From assembly GCA_051313645.2 (NCBI GenBank), contig JBNRSN020000003.1, positions 370,450,001 through 370,514,000 of the forward strand: a stretch of DNA of 64,000 bases, written 5' to 3'. Below are positions 34,667 to 48,030 of the stretch, piece after piece. The position numbers and the translations under genes were made by a program. The notes below the pieces were generated by a model, which worked only from the letters and a program-made list of their open reading frames with translations, did not search any database and was not told the DNA's origin. The stretch is from Centroscyllium fabricii (lineage: Eukaryota). The stretch's first letter is position 1; each line of letters starts with the position of its first letter.

Positions 34667-37600
34667 TGTAGCGGACCGCCGGCTGGCGAATCCGCCTCGG
34701 GAGTACTGCGGGGCATAGCCCCGCCCACCGGGTGACGCAATGACGTCACCATGTCTCTCGGCGTGATGAGGTCAGAGGCGAGCGGGCAGTTTAAAAGAGC
34801 CTGCTCCTCGTGGCTCACTCTCTTTCTCATGTAGTACTGTTCAATAAAGTAGTGTTAACTGTCTATCTCCGGCTCCTGCATGGTCCTTGGGTCCTGTAAG
34901 CGCTACAGTGGTGACCCCGTCTTGGAACGTCTTCCAAGAAGAAAACAGCAGCTCAACAGGACTTAAGCCAAGCAGCCTCAGGACAATTAAAAAAAAACAC
35001 AACCAGCAACAATGTCTACCAGAAACCAGCCTTCCCGTCAGCAAGGACATGGCCAGAACCCCGGGCACCGACTAACTTTACCGGAGTTCTGGGAGCAACG
35101 CCCGGCAGCGTGGTTTATGTGCATTGAGACCAGCTGCCGCACCCATGGCATCCAGGGGGACGACCGCTACGACCTAGTCTTCTCGGCCCTACTGCAGTCG
35201 ACGATCGACCGGATGTGGTCGAAGCTACAGCGCGCGCCCGCAACAGGCAGGTACGACTTCATTAAGGCCGCGCTACTTAAAAAATTCACCCCCACCCAGT
35301 TCGAGCGCGACTGCCAACTCCTCAACCTCCCCGAACTCGGGGACGCAGACCCATCTGACCTTTGGGGCCAGATGCAAGCGCTGACCACGGACCCCGCCTC
35401 CCTGTTCCACGCCATTTTCCTCCTTAAGCTGCCCCCCTCCATCAACCTTCAGCAACCGGAGCGGGGACAAGCTAGCCGAGGAAGCCGACAGGCTCATGGC
35501 GGCCGAGCGCACCCGCTCCGCCACGTGCGACCTCACCGCCGCGGCAGTCGAGCCCGCCCACTCGCCCCCCAGGTCCAAGCCCACGCCTGAACCCAGGCCC
35601 CCGCGCCCTCCCAAACAACCGCGTGCCGCGAGCACCGGTTGGCGCTACTACCACGCGCGGTTCGGCACCAAAGCGCACCGCTGCGTCCTGCCCTGCACGT
35701 TCAAGCCACAGCCCAGCCCAGCCCCCACCATGTCCGTAGGCCACACCGGAGCCCTGCTCTACGTCACGGACAGGGGCACGGGTCTCCGGTTTCTCTGCGA
35801 CACAGGCGCACAACACAGCATCGTGCCAGCCTCCCCCGCAGAAGCCAAAAAAGGTACCCGGGGCCCGCCCCTCGCGGCGGCCAATGGCTCCGACATTAAA
35901 ACATACGGGACCCGCAGGCTAACCATCCAGCTTGCTGGCCACACGTATGAATGGGAGTTCGTCACAGCCCAGGTCACGTCACCCCTCCTCGGGGCAGACT
36001 TCCTGTGCGCACACGGCCTCCTGGTCGACATGACCCGGCGCCGCCTGGTCGACATCAAAAATATGTCGCCCATCCCATGCTCCACGGGGCCGGCACTCCT
36101 GGCCCACGCGGCGGCACGATGCCGCGCCCGGAACTCCGACGCGTACAGTGCGCTCCTCTCAGAGTTCCCAGCACTGACCAACCCCACCTTTACCGCCCGA
36201 ACGGCCAAACACGGGGTGGAACATTTCATTCTCAACACCGGCCCTCCTGTACACGCCCACGCCCGCAGGCTGGACCTGGCCAAGCTGGAGATTGCGCGCG
36301 CTGAGTTCGGCACCATGGAGCAACTCGGCATAATCTGCCGCTCCAGCAGCCCCTGGGCCTCTCCCCTCCACATCGCCCCCAAGCCGGGCGGGGGTTGGCG
36401 CCCCTGCGGAGACTACCGCTGCCTCAATAACGCCACTACCCCGGATAGGTACCCCGTACCCCACATCCAGGATTTCTCCGCCAGACTAGCGGGCTGCACG
36501 GTCTTCTCCAAGATCGACCTGGTACGTGGCTACCACCAGGTCCCGGTGCACCCGGCGGATGTCCCTAAGACAGCCGTGATAACCCCCTTTGGCCTGTTCG
36601 AGTTCCTGAGGATGCCCTTTGGGCTCAAAAACGCGGCCCAGGCCTTCCAGCGCCTAATGGACTCAGTCCTACGGGACTTGCAGTTCATCTTCGTCTACCT
36701 AGACGACATCCTCATGGCCAGCACCTCCCCCCCAGGAGCACCTCCTGCATCTCAGGACCCTGTTCCAGCGCCTGGTCGAACACGGCCTTATATTAAGCCC
36801 CTCCAAATGCAAATTCGGCCTGGAAATCATAGACTTCCTGGGCCACCGCATTTCCAAAACCGGGGCCATACCCCTGCCCTCCAAAGTGCAGGCAATCCAG
36901 GAATTCCCCCGCCCGCACACCGTCAAGGGCCTGCAGGAGTTCCTCGGGATGGTTAATTTTTATAACCGCTTCATCCCAGGAGCAGCCGCTCTCATGGCTC
37001 CCCTATACCAGGCCACACGCGGGCAGTCCGGCAAAGCCGCTGTCGAGTGGACGGCCGACGCCGCCACCGCGTTCACCGCAACCAAGACCGCCCTAGCCAA
37101 CGCCACCCTCCTAGCCCATCCCAGGCCCAACGCCAGAGTGGCCCTCACCACTGACACCTCCGACCACGCTGTCGGGGCCGTTTTCGAACAGTGGGCGGAC
37201 AACTCTTGGCAGCCCCTGGCCTTTTTCATCCGGCACCTGCGGCCACCGGAGGTCAAGTACAGCGCCTTCGACAGGGAGCTCCTCGCTCTCTACCTCGCTG
37301 TGCGCCATTTTCGTTTCCTCCTGGAGGGCCGTCATTTCACAGCTTTCGTGGATCATAAGCCGCTGACGTTTGCGATGGCTAAGATCTCCGAACCCTGGTC
37401 AGCCAGGCAGCAGCGCCAGCTTGCAGCCGTGTCGGAATTCACTACCGACATCCAGCACATCTCCGGCCGCGACAACGTGGTCGCTGACTGCCTGTCACGT
37501 CCCACCATCAACGCCGCCCAAATGGCGGTGGATTACGCCAAGCTGGCAGCAGACCAGCGGGCGGACCCAGACCTGCGCGCCCCGGCAGAAAACCTCCCGG

Positions 37601-39098
37601 GCCTACGCTTGGCCAACATCCCCCACGGCCCCGCGGCCACCGTAGTGTGCTGCGACGTCTCATTGCAGCAGCCCAGGCCCGTCGTCCCCCACGCATGGAG
37701 GCGGCGCATCTTTGAGACCCTCCATGGCCTGTCCCACCCCGGCACCCGCGCCTCCATCAAGCTCATTTCGGCCCGTTTTGTGTGGCGCGGCCTTCGTAAA
37801 GACGTCCGCGCCTGGACCAATGCCTGCATCGCTTGCCAGCGGGCCAAAGTGCATAAGCACGTCAAAGCCCCGCTGGAAACGTTTACCGTACCAGCCAGGC
37901 GCTTCAACCACGTCCACGTCGATCTCGTTGGACCGCTGCCGCCGTCCCGGGGCCACACCCATTTAATGACCATGGTGGATCGCAACACTCGCTGGCCAGA
38001 AGCAGTCCCTCTGGCCGCAACCAACACCACGGACTTAGCCAGGGCGTTCATCGCAACTTGGGTCGCCCGTTTCGGCGTGCCCACCGACATCACGTCGGAC
38101 AGAGGTCCCCAATTCACGTCCGCACTATGGGCGGCCATCGCCCGCAACCTCGGGGTGACCCTGCACAAAACCACCGCGTACCACCCACAGGCGAAGGGGC
38201 TGTGCGAAAGGTTCCACCGCTCCATGAAAGCCTCCCTGCGGGCCAGCCTGGAAGACGCATCGTGGACAGACCGCCTACCGTGGGTACTGCTCGGACTCCG
38301 CTCGGTGGCCAAAGAGGACTTGCATGCCTCAGCAGCGGAACTCGTCTACGGCCAGACATTAAGAGTGCCGGGCGAGTTTCTCGCCGAATCAAACGCCACC
38401 TGGTCGGCCGACCAGTTCCTCAAAGACTTTGCCAACCCGGCACGAGCTTTCACCCCCTTACCGGTGACCCGGCACGGGGAGCCGGTGGCACATGTACCGG
38501 ACAACATCCAGCAAGCCAAGTACGTGTTCGTCCACCATGACGCTCATCGCACACCTCTACGGCCACCCTACGACGGCCCTTATAGAGTGCTTCGGGTGGG
38601 ACCTAAAGCTTTCGATCTACAGCTGGGCAACCGAACGGAAACGGTATCAATCGACCGGCTGAAACCGCTGCACATGATAGCGGGCGACGCGACGGTCCCC
38701 GCCCAACCACCTCAACGCGGACGCCCTCCCGCACCACCACCCGCCCACACTCCACCGCAGCACCAGGAGCAATGCACGACCCGTGCCAGCCGCACCATAA
38801 GGCCACCACGACGCCTCGTGTAGACTTTTTCCCTCGGACGGATTCTGGGGGGAGCTGTGTAGCGGACCGCCGGCTGGCGAATCCGCCTCGGGAGTACTGC
38901 GGGGCATAGCCCCGCCCACCGGGTGACGCGATGACGTCACCATGTCTCTCGGCGTGATGAGGTCAGAGGCGAGCGGGCAATTTAAAAGAGCCTGCTCCTC
39001 GTGGCTCACTCTCTTTCTCATGTAGTACTGTTCAATAAAGTGATGTTAACTGTCTCTCTCCGGCTCCTGCGTGGTCCTTGTGTCCTGTAAGCGCTACA
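34667..39098 (+). mobile_element. Complete Ty3/Gypsy provirus, CsRn1-like clade (gag-pro-RT-RH-IN with two frameshifts)
   Basis: 241-bp LTRs 34667-34907 and 38858-39098 (TG..CA, about 7 mismatches by eye); TSD TTAC; PBS TGGTGACCCCG complementary to the tRNA-Trp 3' end; PPT; gag YHARFG..C..PC; protease DTGA; YLDD; HHCC, DDE and GPY integrase. Confidence 0.95.
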
Positions 39099-39280
39099 TT
39101 ACTATGTTAAAGGTGCTATATAAATGAAAGTTGTTGTTGTGATACCGTCATATAATATCTGGAGCTTGGAGTCAAAAACTGGTTAAATTTGCAGATGATA
39201 CAGAGTTAATGAAGGTCGTAGACTGCAAAGCTGAACAGGATAAGATACGTTAAAGGCTTATATATATATATTTATATATA

Positions 39281-39809
39281 CAGGAAACTCTTTGGTATCC
39301 GGGACCGGCGTGTTGCCGGTTGATCAAAAATTCCAGATGACAGAGAGGGTTATCTGCCGAGGCTATTTTAAACAAAGAAAAATTTAAAAATCAAGAAATG
39401 TGCGGTATACAGTAATTGGGTACTCACCTACAGAATGTTGTGTTAAATGGATGGTGGAAGATGCTTGATTAAGTGCAGTACTGCCAGTTGAGGGTAATGC
39501 AATGCAATGACTACCAGCAGCATGGGAGACACACTGTGCCCCTGTAAAATGGCGGATCAGACGAGACTATCAGCAGCGCAGGAGAGCCAGACTCCTCTTA
39601 CGGGGTTTTGAGGTGTTCCGACTTCCGACAGCACCAAGAAGCTGAGTAGTGGCAGTTTGGAGAACTACCCCCACTGACTAACTCGGCCACCACAGGGGAC
39701 TCGGACTCGGCAACATTTCTGGTTATTGAGGTGTTGTTTTCAGATGAGAATTTTGCCGGTTAATAGAGAATTCCGGATATTTAGGTGCCGTTTAAACAAG
39801 AGTTTCCTG
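39281..39809. mobile_element. Tigger/pogo-like MITE inserted in a (TA)n microsatellite
   Basis: TIR CAGGAAACTCT / AGAGTTTCCTG with TA on both sides. Confidence 0.8.
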
Positions 39810-40439
39810 TATATATATTTATTTCTACAAATATATATATATATATATATATATAGTGTGAATGCCACTGGTGCTCTGAATTAACACCATTTATGGTGTG
39901 GGACCAGGCTCCAGCACTGGAGACAGCACATAGGTCTGCCTCTAATGTCAGCTTTGCAATACAAGTACAAAATCGACAGTAATGCGGTATTTCTTAATGA
40001 CTGGGTTGAATAATTCTGAAGAAAAATTATTGCAGATGACTTGGAATCTTGCTGCATTGCATGTATTCCAGCTAATAAGATCTGCTCTAGAAACTGACTT
40101 GGATGATGGAAATGAAATACTTTAGCCCATGTCTCGCGTCCATGACACAATTGCTATTACCAAAAATCTATTGAAACCACTCTTGTATACAGAGAATCCG
40201 AAGATATAAGATAGCTTGAATTCTGGCATTGTTACAGAAAATGTTTTCACAGAAAGTGTCTTTATTCTGGACTGCTTTCCCTCAGTACTAATTTCAACAC
40301 ACACACATCCACTCACCTAGACCCTCACACCCATGGAGATTTCATCGGTGAAGATTGTAGGCTACTCTAATGTGTAGCTACCTCTTTGAACATTGATCCC
40401 TGGACCACCTTGGTGGTGTGCTTGGAAAAATGAAGGAAT

Positions 40440-43400
40440 GACCCAGTAACCAGGGGGGGAGGTTTCAAGAGAGAAAATAACGACAGGGGAGAAGGAAATA
40501 GAGCAGGGTTTCAGTGGGGAATCTGAAAATCGAAGTGTGTAGGAGGACACAGAATGTATGAAGATAAAGGTATAGTCGTAAAAGGGGCAAAAACAGGAAT
40601 AAAGTGTAGTAAAACACATGTGAAAGTGCTTTATTTGAATGCACGTAGTATTCGTAATAAGATAGATGAATTGACGGTACAATTAAGCACGTATAGGTAT
40701 GATATTGTGGCCATTACAGAAACATGGCTGCAAGGTGATCAGGACTGGGAGTTAAACATAGAGGGTTACTTGACCATCAGAAAAGACAGACAGGAAAGAA
40801 AAGGAGGTGGGGTGGCCTTGTTAATAAAGGATGGAATAACTTAAAATGCAGCCAAGAGAGTTTTTTGAAGCAATATGTTGGGTCACCTACAAGGGGGGGG
40901 GGCGGTACTAGACCTAATACTTGGGAACGAAGACGGGCAGATAGAGGAGGTAACAGTGGGGGAGCACTTCGGGGATAGCGACCACAATTCAGTTAGTTTC
41001 AAGATTGTAATGGAGAAGGATAAAAATGGACCAGGGGTAAAAGTACTAAACTGGGGGAAGGCGGATTTCATTAAAATTAGGCGCGATGTAGCCGCAGTAG
41101 ACTGGGGCCATCTTCTCAGAGGAAGATCTGCATCAGAGCAGTGGGAGGCCTTCAGAGGGAAGGTCGGGAAGATACAGGAGGAACATGTTCCTGCTAAAAT
41201 CAAGGGCGGGGGAGGTAAACAAAGGGAATCTTGGATGTCTAGGGATATATGTAAATTAATGAAGAAAAAAAGGGGGGCCTTCAATGAATATAAACGGCTA
41301 AAAACCGAGGAGGCGCTAGGGGAGTATAAGAAGTATAGGGGGGAATTAAAGAAGGAGATAAGAAAAGCCAAGAGGGGTCATGAGATTGCAATGGCCGGCA
41401 AAATCAAGGATAACCCTAAGGCATTTTCCAGTTATATAAAAAACAAAAGGATCACGAGGGAAAGAGTGGGGCCCATTAAGGACGATAGCGGAAAGCTGTG
41501 CGTTGAGCCCGAGGCGGTGGGGGAGGTACTAAACGAATTTTTCTCTTCAGTATTCACAAGAGAGAGGGACGGAACCGACATCGTAATCGGACAGAGTGTA
41601 GGGGGGGTAATTGAGGATATTACCATTACAAGGGAAGAAGTACTAGAAATCTTGGGAAGCTTAAAGGTAGACAAATCACCAGGGCCGGACGCGATGTTCC
41701 CCAGGCTGCTGTTCGAGGCCAGGGAAGAGCTTGCGGGCCCCCTGTCTCAAATTTTCAGGTCCTCTCTCGCGTCAGGGGATGTACCCGAGGACTGGAGAAC
41801 GGCTAATGTAGTACCCCTGTTTAAAAAGGGTAGTAGGGACAAACCGGGTAACTATAGGCCAATCAGTCTTACATCTGTAGTGGGGAAAGTAATGGAAAAA
41901 ATTCTGAGGGACAAAATCAGTCTGCATTTGGAAAAGCAGGGTCTGATAAGGGATAGTCAACATGGCTTCGTCAAAGGTAAGTCGTGCCTAACTAATCTCT
42001 TGGAATTTTTTGAAGAGGTAACAAAGAGGGTGGATGAAGGGAGTACGGTTGACGTGGTGTATATGGACTTCAGCAAGGCTTTTGATAAAGTCCCACATAG
42101 GAGACTAATAACAAAGGTTAAAGCACATGGGATACAGGGCAACTTGGCACAGTGGATTCAAAATTGGCTGGGGGATAGGAGACAAAGGGTAATGGTAGAG
42201 GGCTGCTTCTGTGACTGGAAACCAGTAACCAGCGGTGTCCCCCAAGGATCGGTTTTGGGACCCTTACTGTTTCTAGTATACATCAATGATTTGGACATGG
42301 GAGTAGTGGGTACGATCAGCAAATTTGCTGATGATACGAAAATTGGAAGGGTGGTAAATAACGATGAAGATAGTAAAAGGCTCCAGGAAGATATAAATGT
42401 AATGGTTAGTTGGGCAGAAAAATGGCAAATGGAGTTCAACCCAGAGAAATGCGAGGTCATACAATTCGGCAGACCAAATGGGGTAAGGGAATATACCATG
42501 AACAAAAAAACGTTAGGTAGGACCGAGGAACAGAGGGACCTTGGGGTACAGGTGCACAGCTCCCTGAAGGTTGCTGGACACGTAAACAAGGTGGTTAAGA
42601 AGGCATACGGAATTCTGGCCTTTATTAACCAGGGCATAGTATACAAAAGTAGGGAGGTAATGTTAAACTTGTATAACACGCTGGTGAGACCTCAGCTGGA
42701 GTACTGTGTGCAGTTCTGGTCACCGCACTTCAGGAAGGATGTGGTTGCCCTGGAGAGGGTGCAGAGAAGGTTTACCAGGATGATACCTGGTCTGGGGGAC
42801 TTATGCTACGAGGAAAGGCTGGACAGGCTGGGGTTGTTTGCCTTGGAGAAGAGAAGATTGAGGGGTGACATGATCGAGGTATACAGGATCATGAGAGGAC
42901 ACGATAGGGTGGATAAAGGGGCATTGTTTCCCTTGGTGGGAGAGTCAAGTACTAGGGGACATAGATTCAAGATTAGGGGGGGGAGGTTTAGGGGGGAGGT
43001 AAGGAGAAATTTCTTTACTCAGAGGGTGGTGGAAGTGTGGAACTCCCTGCCTGTAAGGGTGGTGGAGGCAGAAACCATCGCAACATTTAAAAAATATTTG
43101 GACCAGCACATGAAGGACCGTAACATACAGGGTTATGGGCCAGGTGCGGGCAAATGGGGTTAGTATAGTGAGGAGTTTCCTGGGCCGGTGCGGACTGGAT
43201 GGGCCGAATGGCCTTTATCCGCACTGTAAAGTTTCTATGATTCTATGATTCTATGAACTGCAATAGAAAGGAAGGATATTGGGTCAAAGGATCAGGATAG
43301 TGAAACAGCTTGGGTACAGATAGAGAATAATAAGGGGAAAAAAACACTAGTGGGTGTAATCTATAGACCTCCAAATAGCTGTGACTCTGTTGGTCAAAAC

Positions 43401-46104
43401 ATAAATCAGCAAATAGTTGAAGCATGTAATAAGGGAACAGCTGTAATCATGGGGGACTTTAACTTTCATATTAACTGGGCAAATCAAACTGGGCAGGGTA
43501 GACTAGAGGAAGAGTTTATAGAGTGTATTAGGGATGGGTTCTTAGAACAGTATGTAACTGAACCGACTAGGGGGGAGGCAATCTTGGATCTGGTCCTGTG
43601 TAATGAAGCAGGATTAATTAAAAATGTCATAGTTAGGGACCCTCTTGGAACGAGTGACCATAATATGGTTGAATTCCATATTCAATTAGAGGGGGAGCAA
43701 ATTGAAACTCAAACCAGGGTACTTAGTCTAAACAAGGGAGATTATGAAGGTATGAGAACAGAATTGATTAAAGTAGATTGGGATAACAGACTAAAGAATA
43801 AGACGGTACATGAGCAGTGGTGTACTTTTAAGGAGTTAGTGTACAACTTTCAAGAAAAATACATTCCACTGAAGAAAAAAAGGGGTAAAGGAAAGGACAG
43901 CCAACCATGGCTAAGTAAAGTAATAAAGGATAGTATTCAGCTAAAGGCAAGGGCATATAAGGTAGCCAGATACAGTGGGATGACAGAAGATTGGGAAGCA
44001 TTTAAAAGTCAGCAAAAAATAACAAAGAGATTAATTAAGAAGGGGAAAATAGATTATGAAAGTAAATTAGCGAAAAATATAAAAACTGATAGCAAGAGTT
44101 TTTATAGTTATATAAAAAGAAAAAGGGTGGCTAAGGTGAATGTTGGTCCATTGGAGGATGAGACTGGGAATTTGTTGGTGGGGAACATGGAGATGGCAAA
44201 AGCATTAAACAAATATTTTGTATCAGTCTTTACTGTAGAAGACATTAAAAATATTCCAACGCTGGATAAACAGGGGGCTATAGTAATGGAGGAGCTAAGC
44301 ACTATTAAGATCACTAAGGAGATGGTATTAGGTAAATTAATGGGACTTAAGGCGGATAAATCCCCTGGGCCTGATGGATTACATCCTAGGGTCTTGAGAG
44401 AAATAGTGGTGGGGATTGTAGATGCATTGGTGATAATTTTCCAAAACTCCCTGGAGTCAGGAAGGGTCCCGGTGGATTGGAAAATGGCTAATGTAACACC
44501 TATATTTAAAAAGGGAAGTAGACAGAAGGCTGGTAACTATAGACCGGTTAGTCTAACATCTGTGGTGGGTAAAATGTTGGAGACCATTATTAAAGAAACA
44601 CTGACGGGGCATTTGGATAAACATAACTTAATCGGACAGAGTCAGCATGGTTTTACGAAGGGGAAGACATGTTTGAATAATTTGCTCGAATTCTTTGAGG
44701 AAGTAACATCTCTGGTGGATAAAGGGGAACTGGTGGATGTGGTATACTTGGACTTCCAAAAGGCTTTTGACAAGGTGCCACATAAGAGACTATTGCTTAA
44801 GATAAAAAATCACGGGATTGGGGGTAATATATTAGCATGGGTAGAAGATTGGCTTTCAAACAGGAAGCAGAGAGTTGGGATAAATGGTTCATACTCGGGA
44901 TGGCAATCGGTGACTAGTGGTGTTCCGCAGGGGTCGGTGCTGGGACCCCAGCTGTTTACAATCTATATAAATGATTTGGAGGAGGGGACTAAGTGTAATA
45001 TATCAAAGTTCGCAGATGACACAAAAATGGGAGGAAAAGCAGGGAGTGAGGAGGACAGAAAAAGCCAGCAAAAGGATATAGATAAGCTAGGTGAGTGGGC
45101 AGCGATTTGGCAGATGAAATTTAATACTGGTAAATGTGAAGTTATACATTTTGGGAAAAAAAATCATAGAGCAAGTTATTTTCTAGATGGGGAGGAGCTG
45201 CGTGGTAATACAACGCAAAGGGACTTGGGGGTACTATTGCATGAATCACAAAAAGTTAGTATGCAGGTGCAGCAAGTGATTAGGAAGGCCAATGGATAGG
45301 GGGATAGAGTATAAAAGCAGGGAGGTTTTGCTGCAGTTGTATACAGTATTGGTGAGACCGCATTTGGAATACTGTGTGCAGTTTTGGTGTCCATACTTAA
45401 GAAAGGATGTACTTGCTCTGGAGGCAGTGCAGAGAAGGTTTACACGGTTAATTCCAGGGATGAGGGGGTTGACATATGAGGAAAGGTTAAGTAGGTTGGG
45501 ACTTTACTCATTAGAGTTCAGAAGAATGAGAGGCGATCTTATTGAAACGTATAAGATCGTGAGGGGCCTTGATCGGGTGGATGCGCTAAAGATGTTTCCA
45601 ATGATCGGGGAGACCAGAACTTGGGGGCATAGTCTTAGAATAAGGGGGGGCTCTTTTAAAACTGAGATGAGGAGAAACTTCTTCACTCAGAGGGTGGTTA
45701 ATCTATGGAATTCACTGCCTCAGGGAGCTGTGGAAGCGGGAACATTAAATAAATTTAAAACGGAAATAGACTTTTTTAGCAGACAAGGGAATTAGGGGTT
45801 ACGGGGAGCGGGCAGGGAAGTGGACCTGAGCTATTGATAGTATAGTAAGACCTGAGTGATCTCCTGGACAAGTTTCGATCGCCTAGATTGGGGTCGGAGA
45901 GGAATTTCCTGGATTTTTTTCCCAAATTGGTCCTGGGTTTTTATCCGGTTTTTCGCCTCTCCCAGGAGATCACATGGTTTTTTGGGTGGGATGAAGGGTG
46001 ATAGTGGGAAGAAGGTTAGGGTAGGATCAGCCATGATCTTATTGAATGGCGGAGAGGGCTCGAGGGGCCGGTTGGCCTACTCCTGCTCCTATTTCTTATG
46101 TATG
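40440..46104 (+). mobile_element. CR1 LINE with nearly complete ORF2 (host), interrupted by a second CR1; long-type 3' UTR
   Basis: ORF 40554-40841 (YLNARSI..ITETWL) joins in frame to 43260-45296 when the insert is removed; RT motifs; small deletion at ~45296. Confidence 0.95.
40842..43255 (+). mobile_element. Young 5'-truncated CR1 (subfamily B) nested in the host CR1
   Basis: 762-aa open frame with RT; (TTCTATGA)n tail; AACT duplicated at 40838-41 and 43256-59. Confidence 0.95.
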
Positions 46105-46127
46105 TAACCCTGAGTGGGACTGGAAAC

Positions 46128-46569
46128 ATTGACCATTCTGCAAACCATGGCCATGTATTGACCATTCTGCAGACCATGGCCATGCATTGACCATTATATA
46201 GCCCATGGCCATGTATTGACCATTCTGCAGACCATGGCCATGTATTGACCATTCTGCAGACCATGGGCATGTATTGACCATTCTGTAGATCATAGCCATG
46301 TATTGACCATTCTGCAGACCATGGCCATGTATTGACCATTCTGCAGACCATGGCCATGTATTGACCATTCTGCAGACCATGGCCATGCATTGACCATTCT
46401 GCAGACCATGGCCATGTATTGACCATTCTGCAGACCATGGCCATGTATTGACCATTCTGCAGACCATGGCCATGTATTGACCATTCTGCAGACCATGGCC
46501 ATGTATTGACCATTCTGCAGACCATGGCCATGTATTGACCATTCTGCAGACCATGGCTATGTATTGACC
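46128..46569. repeat. Minisatellite, 29-bp unit x ~15
   Basis: Unit ATTGACCATTCTGCAGACCATGGCCATGT, head-to-tail, no spacers. Confidence 0.95.
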
Positions 46570-46814
46570 GTGCCTCCTGGTTGTCAACTCAGCACTGCTG
46601 TGCAACTGCAAGGCCAATCCTCATGAAAGATTAAATCATATTTTCTCATCCATCAATCAAATTGCTGTGGTTACCATTAACATTAGCAAGATGCATTTTT
46701 ATGAATTTCCACAACTTGATAAATCAATGTATTGTGACTTGGTTTGCTCCTCATCTTGTGAATTATTTCAGTTTTTTCTCCACAACTGATGGAAGTTTTT
46801 GTTCCGGTTTCTAG

Positions 46815-47033
46815 AATGTTCTGTTCATGCCCAACGTATTGGAATACCTGACATGTAACGATGAAGAAGACGATCTCCAGAAGATTCTAATGATCCCTGC
46901 GTCTCAGAAGATGAGGCTAAATGGTTACCGGGCAGTTGCCTGTAACACCACCACCGAAGTGCGGAAGGAGCATTTTCAGGAACTCGCCGATGAACTTAAA
47001 AGCCAAGTGGACATCCAGAAAATTGTGGACAAG
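46815..47033 (+). CDS. ABCA2: ABCA2 coding exon (extracellular domain 1), phase 0-0, 219 nt
   Basis: ctag| ... |gtgatc; LEYLTC..LQKILMIPASQKMRLNGYRAVAC..LKSQVDIQKI resembles human ABCA2 LEQLTC..LGRILTVPESQKGALQGYRDAVC..LRNQLDVAKV; in phase with the next exon. Confidence 0.85.
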
Positions 47034-47479
47034 GTGATCTGATCTTGGAGAAAAAAATCAACATTTTATTTTTACTTTGTAGAACCCTCCTGCTCATTCT
47101 AATGATTTCCCAGTGTGGGAGAGCTGGGCCTCTTGATACGTGCCTTTCCACCTCATCATTCCATGTTGGTTGTTCTCATCCTTCAGATGAGTCCCAACTA
47201 ATCAAACTTGCACAACTGGGGGAAGATGCATTTGGTTGTCATCAAGGTGTCTGGCTCCAGCATGAGAGGTCAGGAAGCTCTGATGTATTGACAGATGCTC
47301 ATACCGAATTTACTTAGCGTGATGTCGCATAACCGCAGTGTCCCCGAATCACTTGCTATATAACTGAACGAAGGATGGCACCATGGAAGGGGTGGGGTGA
47401 TTTTCCTAGGTTGCACTGCCAGTGGGAAGACTCGTCCGCCAGCTGTGCATGTTGGGAAGTACATTGTGCCATAAATCAC

Positions 47480-48030
47480 TGGTTAGGCCATGGCTGGAGT
47501 ATTCTGTCCAATTCTGGGCACCACACTTTAGTAAGGATGTCAAGGCCTTGGAGAGGGTGCAGGCGAGATTTACCAGAATGGTATCAGGGATGAGGGACTT
47601 CGGTTATGTGGAGAGACTGGAGAAGCTGGGATTGTGCTGTTTAGAGCAGAGAAGGTTAAGGGGAATTTAATAGAGAGGTTTTAAAATGAGGGGTTTTGAT
47701 CGAGTGGATGGGGAGAAACAGGTTCCTGTAGCAGGAGGGTCAGTTATCAGATGGCACACACTTACGATAATTGGCAAATGAACCAGAGGGGAGATGAGAA
47801 ATTGTTTTACGCAGCAAGTTGTTAAGATGAGCATTGCATTGCGTGAAAGGGCGCGAAAGCAGATTCAATAATAACTTTCAAAAGTAAATTGGACAAATAC
47901 TTGAAGGAGGAAAATTGCAGGGCTACGGGGAGAGAGCTGGGGAGTGGGTCTAATTGGTCAGTTCTTTCAAGAGCCTGCACAGTCATGATGGGCCGAATGG
48001 CCTCCTTCTGTGCTGTGATATTCTATAATA
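47480..48030 (+). mobile_element. Old CR1 3' fragment
   Basis: SLVRPWLEYSVQFWAPHFSKDVKALERVQ. Confidence 0.85.

Noticed and set aside
37533-38312. Long antisense ORFs within the Gypsy and CR1 elements
   Set aside because: Expected shadows of GC-rich or codon-biased sense ORFs
46128-46569. CRISPR-like array and long repetitive ORFs on -
   Set aside because: Units are contiguous with no unique spacers, there are no cas genes and the context is eukaryotic; the ORFs are a by-product of a stop-free 29-mer
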